Source: Octopus sinensis (taxonomy: Eukaryota). From it: a DNA stretch of 64,000 nucleotides. A program made the translations under genes and the position numbers. The notes beneath the pieces were generated by a model, which saw only the letters and a list, made by a program, of their open reading frames with translations, ran no database searches and was not told the DNA's origin. The stretch lies in assembly GCF_006345805.1 (NCBI RefSeq), contig NC_043006.1:67580001-67644000 (forward strand). The letters run 5' to 3'. The stretch's first letter is position 1. Each line of letters opens with the position of its first letter. Shown in pieces: positions 48,160 through 63,300 of the stretch.

Positions 48160-48429
48160 GTATATAATTTAGAGAAAAACCTCTATTAATTCAATAAAGA
48201 AAGATGTTATACACACCATATAGAAAACATATACTATAAAAAAAAACCTTATTCTAAAAATCAATAAAGTACGATAAATAGTAAATAGTAGTAGTAAATT
48301 GTGTGAATAACATCTTTCTTTATTGAATTATTTAATAGAGGTTTTTCTTTAAATTATATACATATATTATATGTGAAATTTGATTTAAAATTGTTAAATT
48401 GACTTTTTCCCCGTAAGTTTTGGAATTAT

Positions 48430-48790
<361 letters not shown>

Positions 48791-49870
48791 TACATACGCG
48801 CGCGCACGCACGCACAATAAACAGGAAAAGCGAAAAGATTAAACATCGTATTGAATTTGATAATATTTTTATAACAAATCATGTGAAAAGAAAGATTAAA
48901 TATCTTATTGAATGCCTGTTGAGGAGGCCAAAAGTCAACAATATTTTGAAGTATTGAATCAAAAGGATTTAACCCTTTTAATCTAATCTCTTGTCGCCAC
49001 ATAAACTCGCACGTATGAGTCCAGTAAACCTATGTGAGAGCCATTTTGTCTTTTCTTTTTTTTCTTTTGCACTCTTCTAAAGTCTTTCAATATTTTGGGT
49101 GTGAGCTCCATTAGTAGGATTGACAAAGTGTAGACAATGATTCACAGTGAGATGTTGAAAATAATCAATCTTAATTATATATTTATATGCTGACCATTCG
49201 TCACTTATGATGGTAGTACCTGGTCTTATATTATCTTTTATTATTGGAAGAAGTGTAGTCGCAGACCTGTCAGGGACAATAAACATCAAAACACTCTTTT
49301 GTTTCTCCACAAATACCTCAAAAACCCCATTGTTGAAGTAGTTGATGTCCGACGGAATTTTTTCTTTTAGTGAACACAGCTTCGTCGATTTCAATAGTCA
49401 TGTTGGGTCCTCCGATCACTCTTGGATTAGCCAAAATGTGTGCAACACAAACATCTCTCAGTTATTCCAGTCAACAACGCAATTGGCTTTCCATTTCAAA
49501 CTCACGTTTGCAAAATTTGATACTTGTCATGTTGTGTACCCAGCAATATATGAAAAGTGCTGCTTTACGAAAAGATAAACGTGAATTAGCAAACCAATTT
49601 TCAGTTCTTACTTCTTGTTCTTGTCTGCATCTACGAATTCTACACCGCCGTCTATTTTAACTTCCAACTGGGAAATTCATAAAATGACTGTTGTCATTTG
49701 AAAAAGTGATGCTTTTCTTTATATATGGGAGATAACCCCATTTTTTAATGACGATTTTTTAATGGGGGTGAGATAACCAAAAAGTACCCAAATTTGCTTT
49801 TCAACTTGCTACGACCTATGAATTAAGTACCAGTTCAGCACTTGAGTTGATGTAATCATATTTATTGCCC

Positions 49871-50268
49871 AAGGCGGCGAGCTGGCAGAAACGTTAGCAC
49901 GCCGGGCGAAATGCGTAGCCGTATTTCGTCTGCCGCTATGTCCTGAGTTCAAATTCCGCCGAGGTCGACTTTGCCTTTCATCCTTTCGGGGTCGATAAAT
50001 CAAGAACCAGTTACGAACTGGGGTGGTTATAATCGACTTAATCCGTTTGTCTGTCCTTGTTTGTCCTCTCTGTGTTTAGCCCCTTGTGGGTAGTAAAGAA
50101 ATAGTTATTTCGTCTGTCTTTACGTTCTGAGTTCAAATTCCGCCGAGGTTGACTTTGCCCTTCATACTTTCGGGGTCGATAAATTAAGTACCAGTTGCGT
50201 ACTGGAGTCAATCTAATCGACTGGCCCCCTCCCCCAAAATTTCAGGCCTTGTGCCTAGAGTAGAAAAG
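49871..50268 (+). mobile_element. tRNA-derived SINE family 2 with duplicated core module
   Basis: Head aaggcggcgagctggcagaaacgttagc, box B gagttcaaattcc present twice. Many copies in the window (e.g. about 15620, 17990, 18230, 31020, 39330, 43880). Confidence 0.82.
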
Positions 50269-50706
50269 AATCGAATTTATTTCCCCAAAATTGCTGGCTG
50301 TATACCAAAATTAGAAAGAAAAAAAGCATTTCTTCCCGTTACTGTCTCCTCCTCAAAAATTAAGGCAAATATTTGAAAAGAAATGTCCAGTTCTCAGTAG
50401 AAACACTTAACCAAGAATTGCACGGTGAAGAACTGGGTGATCAGAAGTATTCACAGCTTTTATGTAGAATGCAAAGATTATCATTTATCTTGTTTCAGTC
50501 ACTGGACTGCGACCATGCTGGGGTACTGTCTTGAAGGGTTTAGTCGAACAAATCGACCCCAGTAGTTTTAAGTTTGGCATTTCTTTTCTATTAGTCTCTT
50601 TTACGGGGACGTAAACAAACCAGCACTAGTTGTTAGGCAGTGAGGCAAGAACAAACATTTGTTCTCATTTTATTTGTTACCTAACTTACAAGTTATTCCG
50701 ACCTCT

Positions 50707-50735
50707 TACATACATACATACATACATACATACAC

Positions 50736-50793
<58 letters not shown>

Positions 50794-50794
50794 G

Positions 50795-50866
<72 letters not shown>
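50707..50866. repeat. (TACA)n/(GATA)n microsatellite
   Basis: Direct reading. Confidence 0.95.
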
Positions 50867-52617
50867 GCGGATTAAAGTTGCAAGCAAGCTCCAGGGGAGA
50901 TAACTGTAGGCTGCTTGTCATGTTAACAGTGGCTTTTTTTCTGCTTATTCTTCTTCTTCTCTATATTATAAATCTGAAATGCGAAACGTTTGTTTGTTTG
51001 TTTGTCTGGTTTTGGCATTAAAGGCCACTAGATCGTGGTCGGTTGTGCTGAAAATATGCACACTTATGTTAAAAGTGCTGGTGAGTTTGTATGGGAAGTA
51101 TTTTTTTCCTCAAATGAAAGGCGTGACCTCTAGGACAAAATTCCTCATCTTATAAAATGTGACCCGAGTAGACCCGAATGATATCGGGTTATATTAACCA
51201 AAATGTGAAAAGAGATCTAAACGGGGCTTGAAGGGGATTAAAATTTACAGGAGCAGGTGTTTAGGAATTCTCTGTTACATGAAGCTAAAAAATTTGCGCC
51301 AGCCTTTAAATCGTCAATGTGTTGCCGTCCATGATGAATGCTTGCCATGGTGAGTCTACTTTCGTGAGAAAGAATCACTTCAAAACTTGGTGTTTAGGAA
51401 TTTTCTTTTACATCAAGTTCAAAATTTTACGCCAGCCGTTAAACTGTCAATACGTTGCTGTCCGTCGTTAAGAAATGCCAGCGATGGTGACTCTACTATC
51501 CTCAGATTCTATCCCTTCAAACTTTGGTTTCCAATATTTTATTATTTTTATTCAGCTCGCAAGTTCGTCTGTCCCTTTTAAATGTTGGTGTCTTGCTGTC
51601 TGCCTTGAAGCAGACCTTTCCGTTGTCAATGCCTGATATTCATGATTGATCTTTCAAAATATTTTATTTCTCAACTTACTCAAGATCTTTTGTTGTTTAT
51701 AAACGGGAGAGAGATAGATAAGATAGAGAGTAAAAGAAAGCGAGGGCGAGTCCGAGAGAAAAGAAAAGTAAGAGAGTGGGAAATTGAGAAAGAAAGGAGA
51801 GAGCAACAAAGAGGGAGAATCATCATCATCATCATCATCGTTTAACGTCCGTTTTCCGTGCTAGCACGGGTTGGACAGTTTGATCGGGGTCTGGGAAGCC
51901 AGGAGGCTGCACCAGGCTCCAGTCTGATCTGGCAGTGTTTCTACTGCTGGATGCCTTTCCTAACGCCAACCACTCTGTGAGTGTAGTGGGTGCTTTTTTC
52001 GTGCCGCCAGCACAGGTGCCAGGGGGGCTGGCAGCGGCCACGATCGGTTTTTCCCTTTTACGTGCCACCGGCACAGAAGCCAGTCAAGGCGGCGCTGCCA
52101 TCGGCCACGTTCGGATGGTGCTTTTTACGTGCCGAAAGGAAGCAACAGAAAGTAACAACCACACTCTTACCCGCGCGTAGAGCGGGTCACCTTAAGCTAG
52201 TCTCTAATAATAAAAATATCAATGAATGGTTAAAGAGAAATCATTATTAAATTATTCTTGCTACGTTTGCTTCACTAGAAAGCCAAACATCCGTTTCAGG
52301 AATATATTTGCCGGCTTTCTGTATGCAAGGTCCAACTTTATCGCGCAACAAAACATAAAACACCAATGATGGAAAGAGGGGGAGAGGGGTCGTAGGCATC
52401 AGTGGTCCCCAACTTTCAGCTCATAACGTTGTCTTTAACGTCTTGTCCTACCTTTCCAGCATATGCCCTCCACACCTTAGCGCGCCCCTATTTCCTGAAA
52501 CTCATTCCATCAGTGTAAGAGATACGGACACACCTTGTTTCTATCTCACCTATCTCTCTCTCTCTCTCTCTCACACACACATACACACACACTGTCTGTC
52601 CGTCTGTTCATCTTTCT

Positions 52618-52655
<38 letters not shown>

Positions 52656-53034
52656 TCTCTGTCACACGCACATACACACACTCTCTCTCTCACACACATA
52701 TACACACTCTCTCTCACATACATATTCACACACTCCCTCTCTCTCACACACACACTCTCTCTCACTCTCCTTCTTTCTCTCTCCCTCCAAAATATAACAC
52801 CACCGATTACATGACAAACACGAACCAACAAGGAAACAGCGAGGCCCCTACAAAAGCTTTGGTTATACGATCCATCTCAAACACAATCATTTCGCAATTT
52901 CTCAATAAAATCAGTGACCAAAATCATACAGGTTTTTTTTCTTCGTATCGCCGAACATTTATTTTTTGACTGAAAAATCTACTTCCACTTATATGCCAAA
53001 ATATACGATATTTATGATTATATATTATACAGTA

Positions 53035-53408
53035 GAGTGGCTGTGTGGTAAGTAGCTTGCTTACCTACCACATGGTCCTGGGTTCAGTCCCACTGCATGG
53101 CAACTTGGGCAAGTGTCTTCTACTATAGCCTCAGGCAGACCAAAGCCTTGTGAGTGGATTTGGTAGACGGAAACTGAAAGAAGCCCGTCGTATATATGTA
53201 TGTGTGTATCTGTGTTTGCCCCCCCCCCCCCGCCCCAACATCGCTTCACAACCGATGCTAGTGTGTTTACGTCCCCGTAACTTAGCGTTTCGGCAAAAGA
53301 GAATAGGTACTAGGCTTACAAGGAATATGTCCTGGAGTCGATTTGCTCGACTAAAGGCGGTGCTCCAGCATGGCCACAGTCAAATGACTGAAACAAGTAA
53401 AAGAGTAC
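53035..53408 (+). mobile_element. tRNA-derived SINE family 1, near full length
   Basis: Box A tggctgtgtgg, box B ggttcagtccc, CORE-like ttgggcaagtg, tail gaaacaagtaaaagagta. Confidence 0.82.
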
Positions 53409-53472
53409 ATCTTTTCCTTATAAAACAGGATGGGATCACCACGGTTATATCGCTTCTAATTATTGAGCATGC

Positions 53473-53735
53473 TATGAGGTCATCCCAAAAATAATGTCCG
53501 TATTTTAAATAAAGAAAACAAGTGATCAAATTTTACATTTTATTGAAACTTAATCGTCAATATAGTTTCCATTATTATCTATGACATCTTTCCATCAACT
53601 CGTAAGCTTTTTAATCCCATTAGTGAAAAACTCTTTCGGTTTCGAAGAGAAGAACTCTGAAAGGTCAGTTTCAACTTCATCGGTTGTTTCGAGACTCAAT
53701 CCATTAAAAAAATTATGTAAACTACGAAGCAATAG
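53473..53735 (-). mobile_element. mariner transposase C-terminal fragment with its terminal repeat
   Basis: LLRSLHNFFNGLSLETTDEVETDLSEFFSSKPKEFFTNGIKKLTS*WKDVIDNNGNYIDD*. End TA-TGAGGTCATCCCAAAAATAATGTCCG at 53473-53500. Confidence 0.82.
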
Positions 53736-54018
53736 ATCAAGGTTGATCTGGGGTTAAACAGCAATAAAAATAATAACAAAAGACGCCACATCATTATCAT
53801 CATTACTACCATCTACGCCAATGCCTCCAACACCATCATTATTTTTGATACCCTCATCATTAGCAAAACTATCACCGATACCTCTACCACTACCGCCAGC
53901 AACAACAGCATTACCAATAGAGGAGTCTGTATCTGCTTATTTGACTACTAGAAACAGCGGTCAAATTTTCTTCCAACTACACCCTTCAAGTTTTCAATAC
54001 ATACACGCACTCACACAC

Positions 54019-54075
<57 letters not shown>

Positions 54076-54318
54076 TATCAAACCTTTTTTACTTAAGCGG
54101 TTACCAGGTTCATGGGCACTTCGTCACTTTCGGCTAATACCCCCCCCACACACACACACACACACTGCTGTGTTGACATACAACATATGTAGCTACAGGC
54201 ATTTGGGTGCTTAACTATTTCGGACATTATTTCTCTTGGCCATTTTGGATACCACTACTTATCTACCTCTCTAATGTATTAAAAGCAAGAGTATTTAAAG
54301 GGAGACAGGTGGATAGGG

Positions 54319-54380
<62 letters not shown>

Positions 54381-54727
54381 GTAACAAAAAAAAAACAATG
54401 ATTTTCTGTAGGAGAACTACCGAACTTTCTATTCCAATCTCCTTCATCCATTTGTCTATATCTTTGCTTACTTATAGGGCCGACCTTTATTGTTCTCAAG
54501 CTCCAAATTCTTCCTATTTCAAATTTTAAGGGAGTGGCTTTTGTTTGTTTGTTTGTTTTTTGCATTTCCTGTAGAAAATTTGTCTCTTAGGACCAGAAAG
54601 CATTAATAGGAGGGTTCTAAGCACTAAAAAACTGCCGAAAACTTGTGGATACCTAAGGTTACAGGTAGTAACCCGCTACCTACATAAATCCTACCTGAAA
54701 TAAGACTGAACCTGAGCCAAACGAAAA

Positions 54728-54794
<67 letters not shown>

Positions 54795-54802
54795 CGACAA
54801 CG

Positions 54803-56125
54803 AAGGCATCAAGGCATCCAGGTATCAGATGGCCAGACATTGAAAGAAAGAGAGAATTATAAGAATCTAGAAGTATTAGAATCTGACAGAGTAGTAACTA
54901 TAGAAATGAAAACGAAAATTGAGAAGGAGTACATCAGAAGGGTAATGAAGATAAAAGCTAAATGCTCCGAATCTAGTGAAGGCTGTAAATATTTGGGTAA
55001 TGTCATTACTTAGATACTCAGCAGCTTTTGTAGATTGGACAAAAACCGAATTAGCAAAGCTAGACAGAAGAAACAGGAAGGAATTCAATGTGAATGGAAG
55101 ACTCCGCCCAAGGGCAGGAGCAGTAAGATTATACCTACCAAGAAAGGAAGATGAAAGAGGGTTAATATTAGTGGAAGACTGCGTGGAGTTAGCTAGAGTA
55201 GATATAAATTCCAATGTAGGTAATAGAGAAGAAAATTTATTAACAGGTGCTAGAGTGACAGCAAGACAGAGGCAAACCAAAAACCCAAACAAACATAAAA
55301 ACCAGAAAAAAGAACAGAAATTATCTGACTGGCAGGAGAAGGCGTTGCATGGTAGATTTCCAATGATAGTTGCAACAAATAGTAGTAGTGAGACATGGTT
55401 ATGGCTGCAGAAAGGAAAGCTGAAGAAGGAGACAGAAAGCTGGTTAATAGCTGCACAAGATCAAGCTTTAAGGAGTAATTGGATAAAAGCCAAGATAAAC
55501 CAAAACCAAGTCGATTCCCATTGTAGATTATGCAAATCAAAAGAGCAAAGCGTTATTTGCATAGTAAGTGAAGGTAGCATGCTGGCACAGAAAGAATACA
55601 AGAAAATACATGACAATCTAGGGAGAGTAATCCACTGGGAGCTATGTAGAAAGCTATGAATTGAACATATTGATAAAATGTATGAACATGAACCTAGTAA
55701 AGTACAAGGAAGTAAGAAAATAAGACTGAAGGCCTAGTTTGGTAGTAGAAGATAAAGAGAATAGAAAGTGCCAGATAATTGACTTTGCAGTCACAAATAA
55801 TGAAAACCTTTATATGAGAAGCATAAAAAAATTGCAAAGTACCAGGACCTAGCTATTGAATTACAGAGACTACGGAAAGTGCGGGTAAGATGTATCCCAG
55901 TAATTATAGGTGCATGAGGAACTATCCCTAAAGATCTGAACAGATGGACAGAAGAAATAGGCATAAAACCCAGTTTAGTACAGCTGCAGAAAACAGTGTT
56001 ATTAGGGAGAGCTAGGATACTTAGGAGGATTCTGGGCATCTAAGGTTACTTGTTGTAACCTGATGTTAGGATTTTTTTCTTTTCTGACAGTCTAAGCTGT
56101 TGAGTATATATGAAAATAAAGATAA
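54803..56125 (+). mobile_element. R4/Dong-clade RLE retrotransposon, 3' portion
   Basis: LYLPRKE..RGL, LHGRF, AAQDQAL, CRLC knuckle remnant, IIDFAV, KIAKYQDLAIEL, IPVIIGA, LQKTVLLG. Stop at about 56043, then a short 3' UTR. Confidence 0.85.
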
Positions 56126-56289
56126 TCACCAGCACAAAAGTGCAGCAAGTGATTGAAACTATCAGATGTCGAAAAATAATAGTGGTGATGGCGTTGGTGA
56201 CGAACGTTACCTTACTTCAGTTTGTGAGAGACAAGAAATTCTGATAGTAACAGCAAAAATGAGGTCGGACCGTTAAGAGAAAGCCTCTC

Positions 56290-58800
56290 GCTCGGCACTG
56301 GTTTAGTAAAAATGCAGACTGGCCACAGCTGTTATCCTAAGACAGCATCAGCATATAACAGAGTAAAGAGGAGGAAGTGACCAGCGAAGAAAACAGGATA
56401 GTGATGCAGTGCTACTTAGAAAGTAAACCGAAAACAAGGAATTATAGAAAACGGATGTTGACACTTTGGGTAGAGAAGGGTATATTTAAAGTGACAGAGC
56501 AGAGACTAGTAGATCAAGTTAATGCTATTAGAAGAAAGTGGATGACAGAATTAGAGATGGAAGAGATTACAAGAGATCTGGAAAAGAAAGACCAGGCAGT
56601 AGGAAAGACAAACAACAACATAAGAGATACAGCTCCAACCAAAGAGGAATCTGAAGGAAAAAATAATAATAGCACTATCAATAAGGAAGAGACAACTAAC
56701 ACAGGGATTTAAGTGATTTAAGTGAGAAAGATCAGATTTTAGATGAGTTGCCGGAAATAATGAGTAAAGAAGTAAGAAAAAGATTGCCAACATTAAAAGG
56801 TACCAATAGAAGGAAGCTGCTAGATACGACTAGGAAAGTAGATTCTGTTATCAGTAGAATTGATACTAAAAATATAGGAGACACTAACATATCGATCTAT
56901 GCAGGAGGTGTAGTTACTAGAAGATTAGATATTCCACAAGGAAAGATTAGAAAAGAGCAAATATGGAAAAGGGGATTACAAAATAAAGTAAAGACTTTAA
57001 GACAAGATCTCAGTAGAATAGAAGCCTGGAAACTGGACAAGTTAGAAAACACAAGATTTAAATCTTCTCTTGAAAAAATATATTTAGTCAAAAAGAAAGG
57101 ATTTGGGACTGTCAGAGAAAAGTTGAAACAGCGTATCTTAGCAGTAACAGGGAAGCTTTCCAGATATCAGAAAAGAATAGATCAGTATCAACAGAATAGA
57201 TTATTTGAGACTGACCAGAGGAGATTTTTATAACCAAATAAATAGGAAAGAAGGAAGTACTGAAGATGAGATACCTAATGCAGAAGAAGCTAGAAAGTTC
57301 TGAAGTAACATTTGGGGTAAGCCAGTCAATCATAATGGAGATGCAGTATGGCTAAAGAAAGTTAGGGAAGAAGTAGTGTGAGAGGCAGCCAGATCTAAGA
57401 CTAACTAGTGCATTAAGTAACGTGTTAAGAAAAATACCGAATTGGAAGGGACCAGAACCAGATTTATTTCAAGGGTACTGGCTAAAGAAATTCAGTTTAC
57501 ATGGGAGGCTGAAGGAACGCCTTGTGTAAGATAAAAGCAAAGGTAATACAGCTAGCAATTATAGACCAATCACTTGCTTACCATTAGTATGGAAGCTATT
57601 AACAGGGATGCTTTCAGAAAGCATTTACGAGCATCTTGACACCCAGAATTTAGTGCAACAAAGAGGTTGCGGGAAGAAGGCTGGAAGGAACGCCTGATGT
57701 ATTATACCAAGAGAAATCAGTTCTAAATGAAGTAAAAGCTAGAAAAATCTAACAATAGCATGGATAGATTATAGGAAAGCTTATGACATGATCCCACTTT
57801 CATGGATAAGTGAATATTTGAGTAGGTTCTGTATAGCAGACAACATAAGAGAATTAATTAGCTTTAGCATGAAGAAATGGAAAATAGATATCTACTCAGG
57901 TGACACAGTCTTAAGGAAAGTTAATGTTCATATAGGAATTTTCCAAGGGGATTCGTTGTTCCCTTTAATATTTGTTATATGTTTGATTAAGGAAGGCAAA
58001 GGCAGGGTATCAGTACAGAAATAGTAAAGGAAAAGTTAAACATTTGCTCCACATGGATGATCTCAAGCTTTTTATTAACAATGAAAAAGAGATAGATTCT
58101 TTAATACAGACTGTAAAACTCTTCAGCAAAGATATAAGCATGGAATTTGGCATTGATAAGTGTGTAATATTAGTCATGAGAATAGCACAGGTAGTCAATA
58201 GTGAAGGCATCCAATTACCAGGTGGTCAGACATTAAAATCAGTAAAAGAAGGAGAGAACCATAAGTATCTAGGAGGATTAGAATCTGGCAGAATACTAAC
58301 TATAGAAATGAAAACGAAACTTGAGGAGTACATCAGAAGGGTAATGAAGATAAAAGCTAAATGGTCCGAATCTAGTGAAGGCTGTAAATACTTGGGCAGT
58401 ATCTTTACTTAGATACTCAGTAGCTTTTATAGATTGGACAAAAACTGAATTAGAAAAGCGAGACAGAAGAAATAGGAAGGAATTCAATATGAATGGAGGA
58501 CTCCAGCTAAGGACAGGAGCAGCAAGATTATACTTACCTAGAAAGGAAGGTGGAAGAGGGTTAATATCAGTTGAAGACTGCGTGGAGTTAGCTAGAGTAG
58601 ATATAGATTCCTATGTAGGGGATAGTGAAGAAAGTTTATTAACAGCTGCTAGAGTGAGGGAAGGCAGAGGGAAACCAAAAACCAAAACGAACTTAAAAAC
58701 CAGAAAAAAGAACAAAAGTTATCTGACTAGCAGGAGAAGGCTGTCCATTGTAGGTTCCCAAAGACTGTTGCAGCAAATAGTAACAGTGAGACATGGTTAT
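56290..58800 (+). mobile_element. R4/Dong-clade RLE retrotransposon, 5' and RT portion, 3'-truncated and multiply disrupted
   Basis: N-terminal EENRIVMQCYLES...YRKRMLTLW...EQRLVDQ; RT motifs NYRPITCL, AWIDYRKAYDMIP, GIFQGDSL, HMDDLKL, YKYLG-like. Confidence 0.85.
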
Positions 58801-60286
58801 TAAAATAGATTAGTTGATTACATCGACGAAAGTGCTCGACTGGTACTTATTTTATCGATCCTGAAAAGATAAAAGGCAAAGTTAGCCTCGGTGAAGTTTG
58901 AACTCGGAGCGTAAAGAGCCCGAAGAAATACGATGTTCTAACGATCCTGCCAATCCACCGTCTGTCGAAATAATTCCTGATTTAGGTACAAGGCCATATT
59001 GAGGAGATGGAGTTACTCAATTACACCGTCCCCAATATTTGACTCGTGTTTTATTTCATCTAACTCTGAAGAGTGAAAAGCAATGTTAGCCGGCGGGATT
59101 TGAACTCAGATTGCAAAGAATAGTAACTAAATACCGTAAGGCATTCTACCCAACTCTCTAAATACTCTGCCAATCTACCATCATAACAAGGACAACAATA
59201 ATAATAACAACTACAATAACAGTTTCTTTATTTTCCTCAGCGGCTCGAACACAATGTGAACTATACAAGGGACAAGATACAACAAAATTGCGAAAACAAA
59301 TGATTAAAATCAAAATAGTAAAGCAAAGAACCCTAGCAATTGAAAAAAGAAACGTTAAAGCATAAGTCCTTACTCAGGGCTAAAGAACCCAATGTATCTT
59401 GCAATATCCTGACCCCGAGAACAATGCCCTCTCTCGGCTTATAACGATGTATTAGTACTTGGTTATAACGATACCGAGTGTTCCAGCTGATCCGATCAAC
59501 GGAACAGCCTGCTCGTGAAATTAACGTACAAGTTGCTGAGTATTCCACAGACACACTCAGGTTAGATTCAGTGTGACACAGAATGTCACAAAGTTGGCCC
59601 TTTGAAAGACAAGTACAATTCATTTTTGCCAGCTGAGTGGACTGGAGCATTGTGAAATATAGTGTCTTGCTCGTGAACACAACGCGCCGCCAGGAATCGA
59701 ACTCATGACCTTACGATCGTGAGCCAAACGCCCTAACCAGCCTTCACATGTATTAAGACGATAACAACACATCGGAAGCAGGTATATCAAGTAAAGAAAA
59801 GATGAAATCTAGAATTACAATAGGTAACCTTAAAGGAAAAAATACACACACAGGCGCAGGAGTGGCTGTGTGGTAAGAAGCTTGCCTACCAACCACATGA
59901 TTCCGGGTTCAGTCCCACTGCGTGCCACCTTGGGCAAGTGTCTTCTACTATAGCCTCGGGCCGACTAAAGCCTTGCAAGTAGGTTTGGTAGAAGGAAACT
60001 GTATGCATATATTTGTGTATCTGAGTTTTACCCCCACCGTCGCTCGACAACCGATGCTGGTGTGCTTACGTACCTGTGACTTAGCAGTTCGGCAAAAGGG
60101 ACTGATAGAATAATTACTAGGTTTTTCACAAGCCCACAAATCAGCAATGTACAAGAATTGAACGTATGCGTGTAGGATGGTTTTATCGCTTCGTGCGCAC
60201 CTCGGACAGGTTCGGCTGCTGGTCCTTCAGAATCCGTTAGAACCTGTGTTGAACAGATAGTGCCTTCCCAAAGCACTGTAGTAGTA

Positions 60287-60328
<42 letters not shown>

Positions 60329-63300
60329 AGCCAAGAACTCCAGAGAATTATCTATATTCTCCGACAAAAAGAGACTGTTCAGAATGTCCAAGTCAATAAC
60401 CAGAATCATTCTCAGGCCATCACCACTCATACTCTCCATTGATCTTCGATAAAATACAGAAGTCGATTTGCCACTGACAGCATTCTCCAGCTGGCAGAAT
60501 GCAGTGACTCTCGAAACACCATTCGGTTGCGAAGCATTCGATATGTATCAGGACTTGACCCAGGACCACTGTTTAGTCAAAGAAACGAGCTGCGGAAAGA
60601 CGGTGCACAAAGAACGACCTTTTTTTTTCACTGTCTTCTTTGTCACAACAATCTGACACTCTGTAGGTGATTTAGACAAAGTGCATGATAAGGAACGACA
60701 TTTTGAGACTCAGGGAGTGGGAGTTAAAAGCAAATGGATCTAGTCTCCAGCGGTGCAGTCTCTTCTACAAGTATCGAAAAAGCAAGCGTCCAGTTTAGCC
60801 AGGCGTTATCTGGGACAAGATACGACGGTCAACCGACAGTATACCAATGAAGCCATATAGGCGATGGCCACTTCCGCTACCCTTTCTGGAATAGTTTCCT
60901 CTTAGACAATTTCTGAATGAAACTGGCCACTTAGCATGCAACCCGTCCCAGTTTTTTCGCCACTCGGAAGTTTGGTTTAAGTCAGACTCCAAGCATTTTA
61001 ACCGAACTCATGGTCTAACAGCAGAAGCCGCCACTGAACCGACATGGACTTGCCTCTCTAGGTTCCGAGCTGCAAACTCGCCGACTTGTTCTGATTAATG
61101 CGTACACTCGCAATCCCCTGCTACTCTCCCGGTGTAGTGGTGATCGACTCGATTTCCACTGTGCTCAAAGTCATGATGGTGATATAATCGGCATTTGCAG
61201 ATATAGCTCTCCTGAGTTCTACTTCGAGCGGGATGCCATCCAATGTCTCTAACCTCTATAGAATTGGCTCTGACACCAAAACATAGAGGACAAATGGAAA
61301 GGTACATCCTTGACTAACTGAGTGCGATGAGAAACGGGTCCAAGAGGTGGCCGTTTAGTTTGACCATCAAACAGATGCCGCGGTACATTGTACTTATCCA
61401 GTCTTTAAAAACGACCGGAGTAATCTTTTATTTATTATTGCCTCAAAGGTAAAGGATCAGAAAAATATGTGGGAGCTTGCTGTTGCATTTTTTCAATTGG
61501 TTTAAATGCCAGGCGTGTGGCTTAGTGGTTAGGGTGTTCGGATCATGATCGTAAAGTCGTGAGTTCGACTCCTGGTGGCACGTTGTGCTCTTGAGCAAGA
61601 TATTTTACTTCATGTTGCTCCAGTTCACTCAGCTGACAAAAAGGAGTGGTACTTGTAATTCAAACGGTCAAGCTTGTCGCATTCTTTCATGGTGAATCTT
61701 CCTGAGAACCACGTTAAGGGTACGCGTGTCCGTGGAATACTCAACCACTTGCACGATAGTTTCACAAATAGGCTGTTCCATTGAATAGATCAACTAAAAC
61801 ACTTATTGTTGTAACCGACGGGGTGCCATTTCAGTGCTAGGATTGCGTACTTGAACTTCAACGCAACTCTTGTTTTTCCTTAATCACGCTTCAAAATGGC
61901 TCCTACGGTTAGCTCCAAGCAACTTTCATACTGTTTCTCTGCTGGAGAGCTGCCAAAATAGCCGGGCAATTAACACTTGAGTAGTTTAACCTACTTCCAC
62001 GTTCTTATCGGCGCAACACTTACATATTAATCGAATGAATTGAAATTTTAAAAAAGTCAAACTGCGAACATAGCTGGCACAAGGCAAAAAAGTTTTCGGA
62101 GATTTAAACCAGGAATTTTGTCAGACTCAATCGAATCAGTAATGATAATATTAAGTTCCAATAATGTCATACATTTTCGAGAAGAGCACAGTTGAATAAC
62201 CGCCCCCCACCTCAGTACTTGACTGGTACTCTTTCTTTTATCGACCTTGATAGGATGAAAGGCAAAGTCAACCTCGGCGATTTGAACTCCGAACGTAAAA
62301 GAAATTTTGTCTGGTAATTTATGATGTAAAATTTTCGAGGGGTTCTGAGACAACAATCGATTAAATCAAATCGATACAGTATTGGTATTATTTTTATCAT
62401 AGAATTCGAAAATTTCTAGATATCAAAGGGAAGTAACTTAAATATCACGCTACAGCTGCTCTATCGATTCCGCCAAATCTACCCTCCATTGTCATTAGAT
62501 TGCTGTGTAACGGACACAATATGAAATTGTGAGAAGAGAAAGGGACCAGTGGACGAAATCGAACCAAATACATGACGTCAGTATTTTTATCGATCTATCC
62601 CTGGCGAAGAATGACAGTCGAAGTCATGGTCGTTGTTTAGCTGCAGGTCAGCTTTGATCAATCAGTTCTATGTTCGAAAGAGATTTTTCAGTCGCGACCA
62701 GCGTGTCATTTAATCTGTTTTTGACATACATCATATCTATGATCACATTACGCAATATATCCTTTGTTTTATATTTTTAAAGAGACGTTAGTATGTTCTT
62801 TCGGAAGAGATTCAGTTGATAATTTTAACAGGTCAAGCGATTACGTGGAGACTCTCTCGTTATCTCGTCAAAGACGTGGTAATAACTGTGTTGAATTTCA
62901 GACAAAATGCCTTAGATATTTGGTTGTGTCCCTTTACGTTCCGAGTTCAAATCTCGTTGAGATCGACTTTTCTTTTCATGCTTCCGAAAAGAGCTTCTTC
63001 TTCAGAAGAAGAATAGAATAAAATAAAGTAACCAGTGCCAGCAAAACACGGGAGCAGAATAAATAAAATCGATAGTTTCCTTGGCTTCCGGATTGTAATT
63101 CCTCAAATGTTGAGGGAGAGATAATCGACTATTCCCCCACACCCCTACTTCGTCCCTGAAATATAAGGACTTGGTGCCAATCTAAGAGATCGATAATTAT
63201 GTTGCAGGCTAGAAGAAAGGAGGAAGTGGGGGAGAGAAGGCAAATGAAACTACAATAAATAAATAAAATCTCTGCTGACCTAAACAAGGGAGACAATTCC

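Noticed and set aside
60460-61400. GC-richer stretch that might be a very old RT remnant
   Set aside because: I could not read convincing RT motifs in any frame; a translated HMM search is needed.
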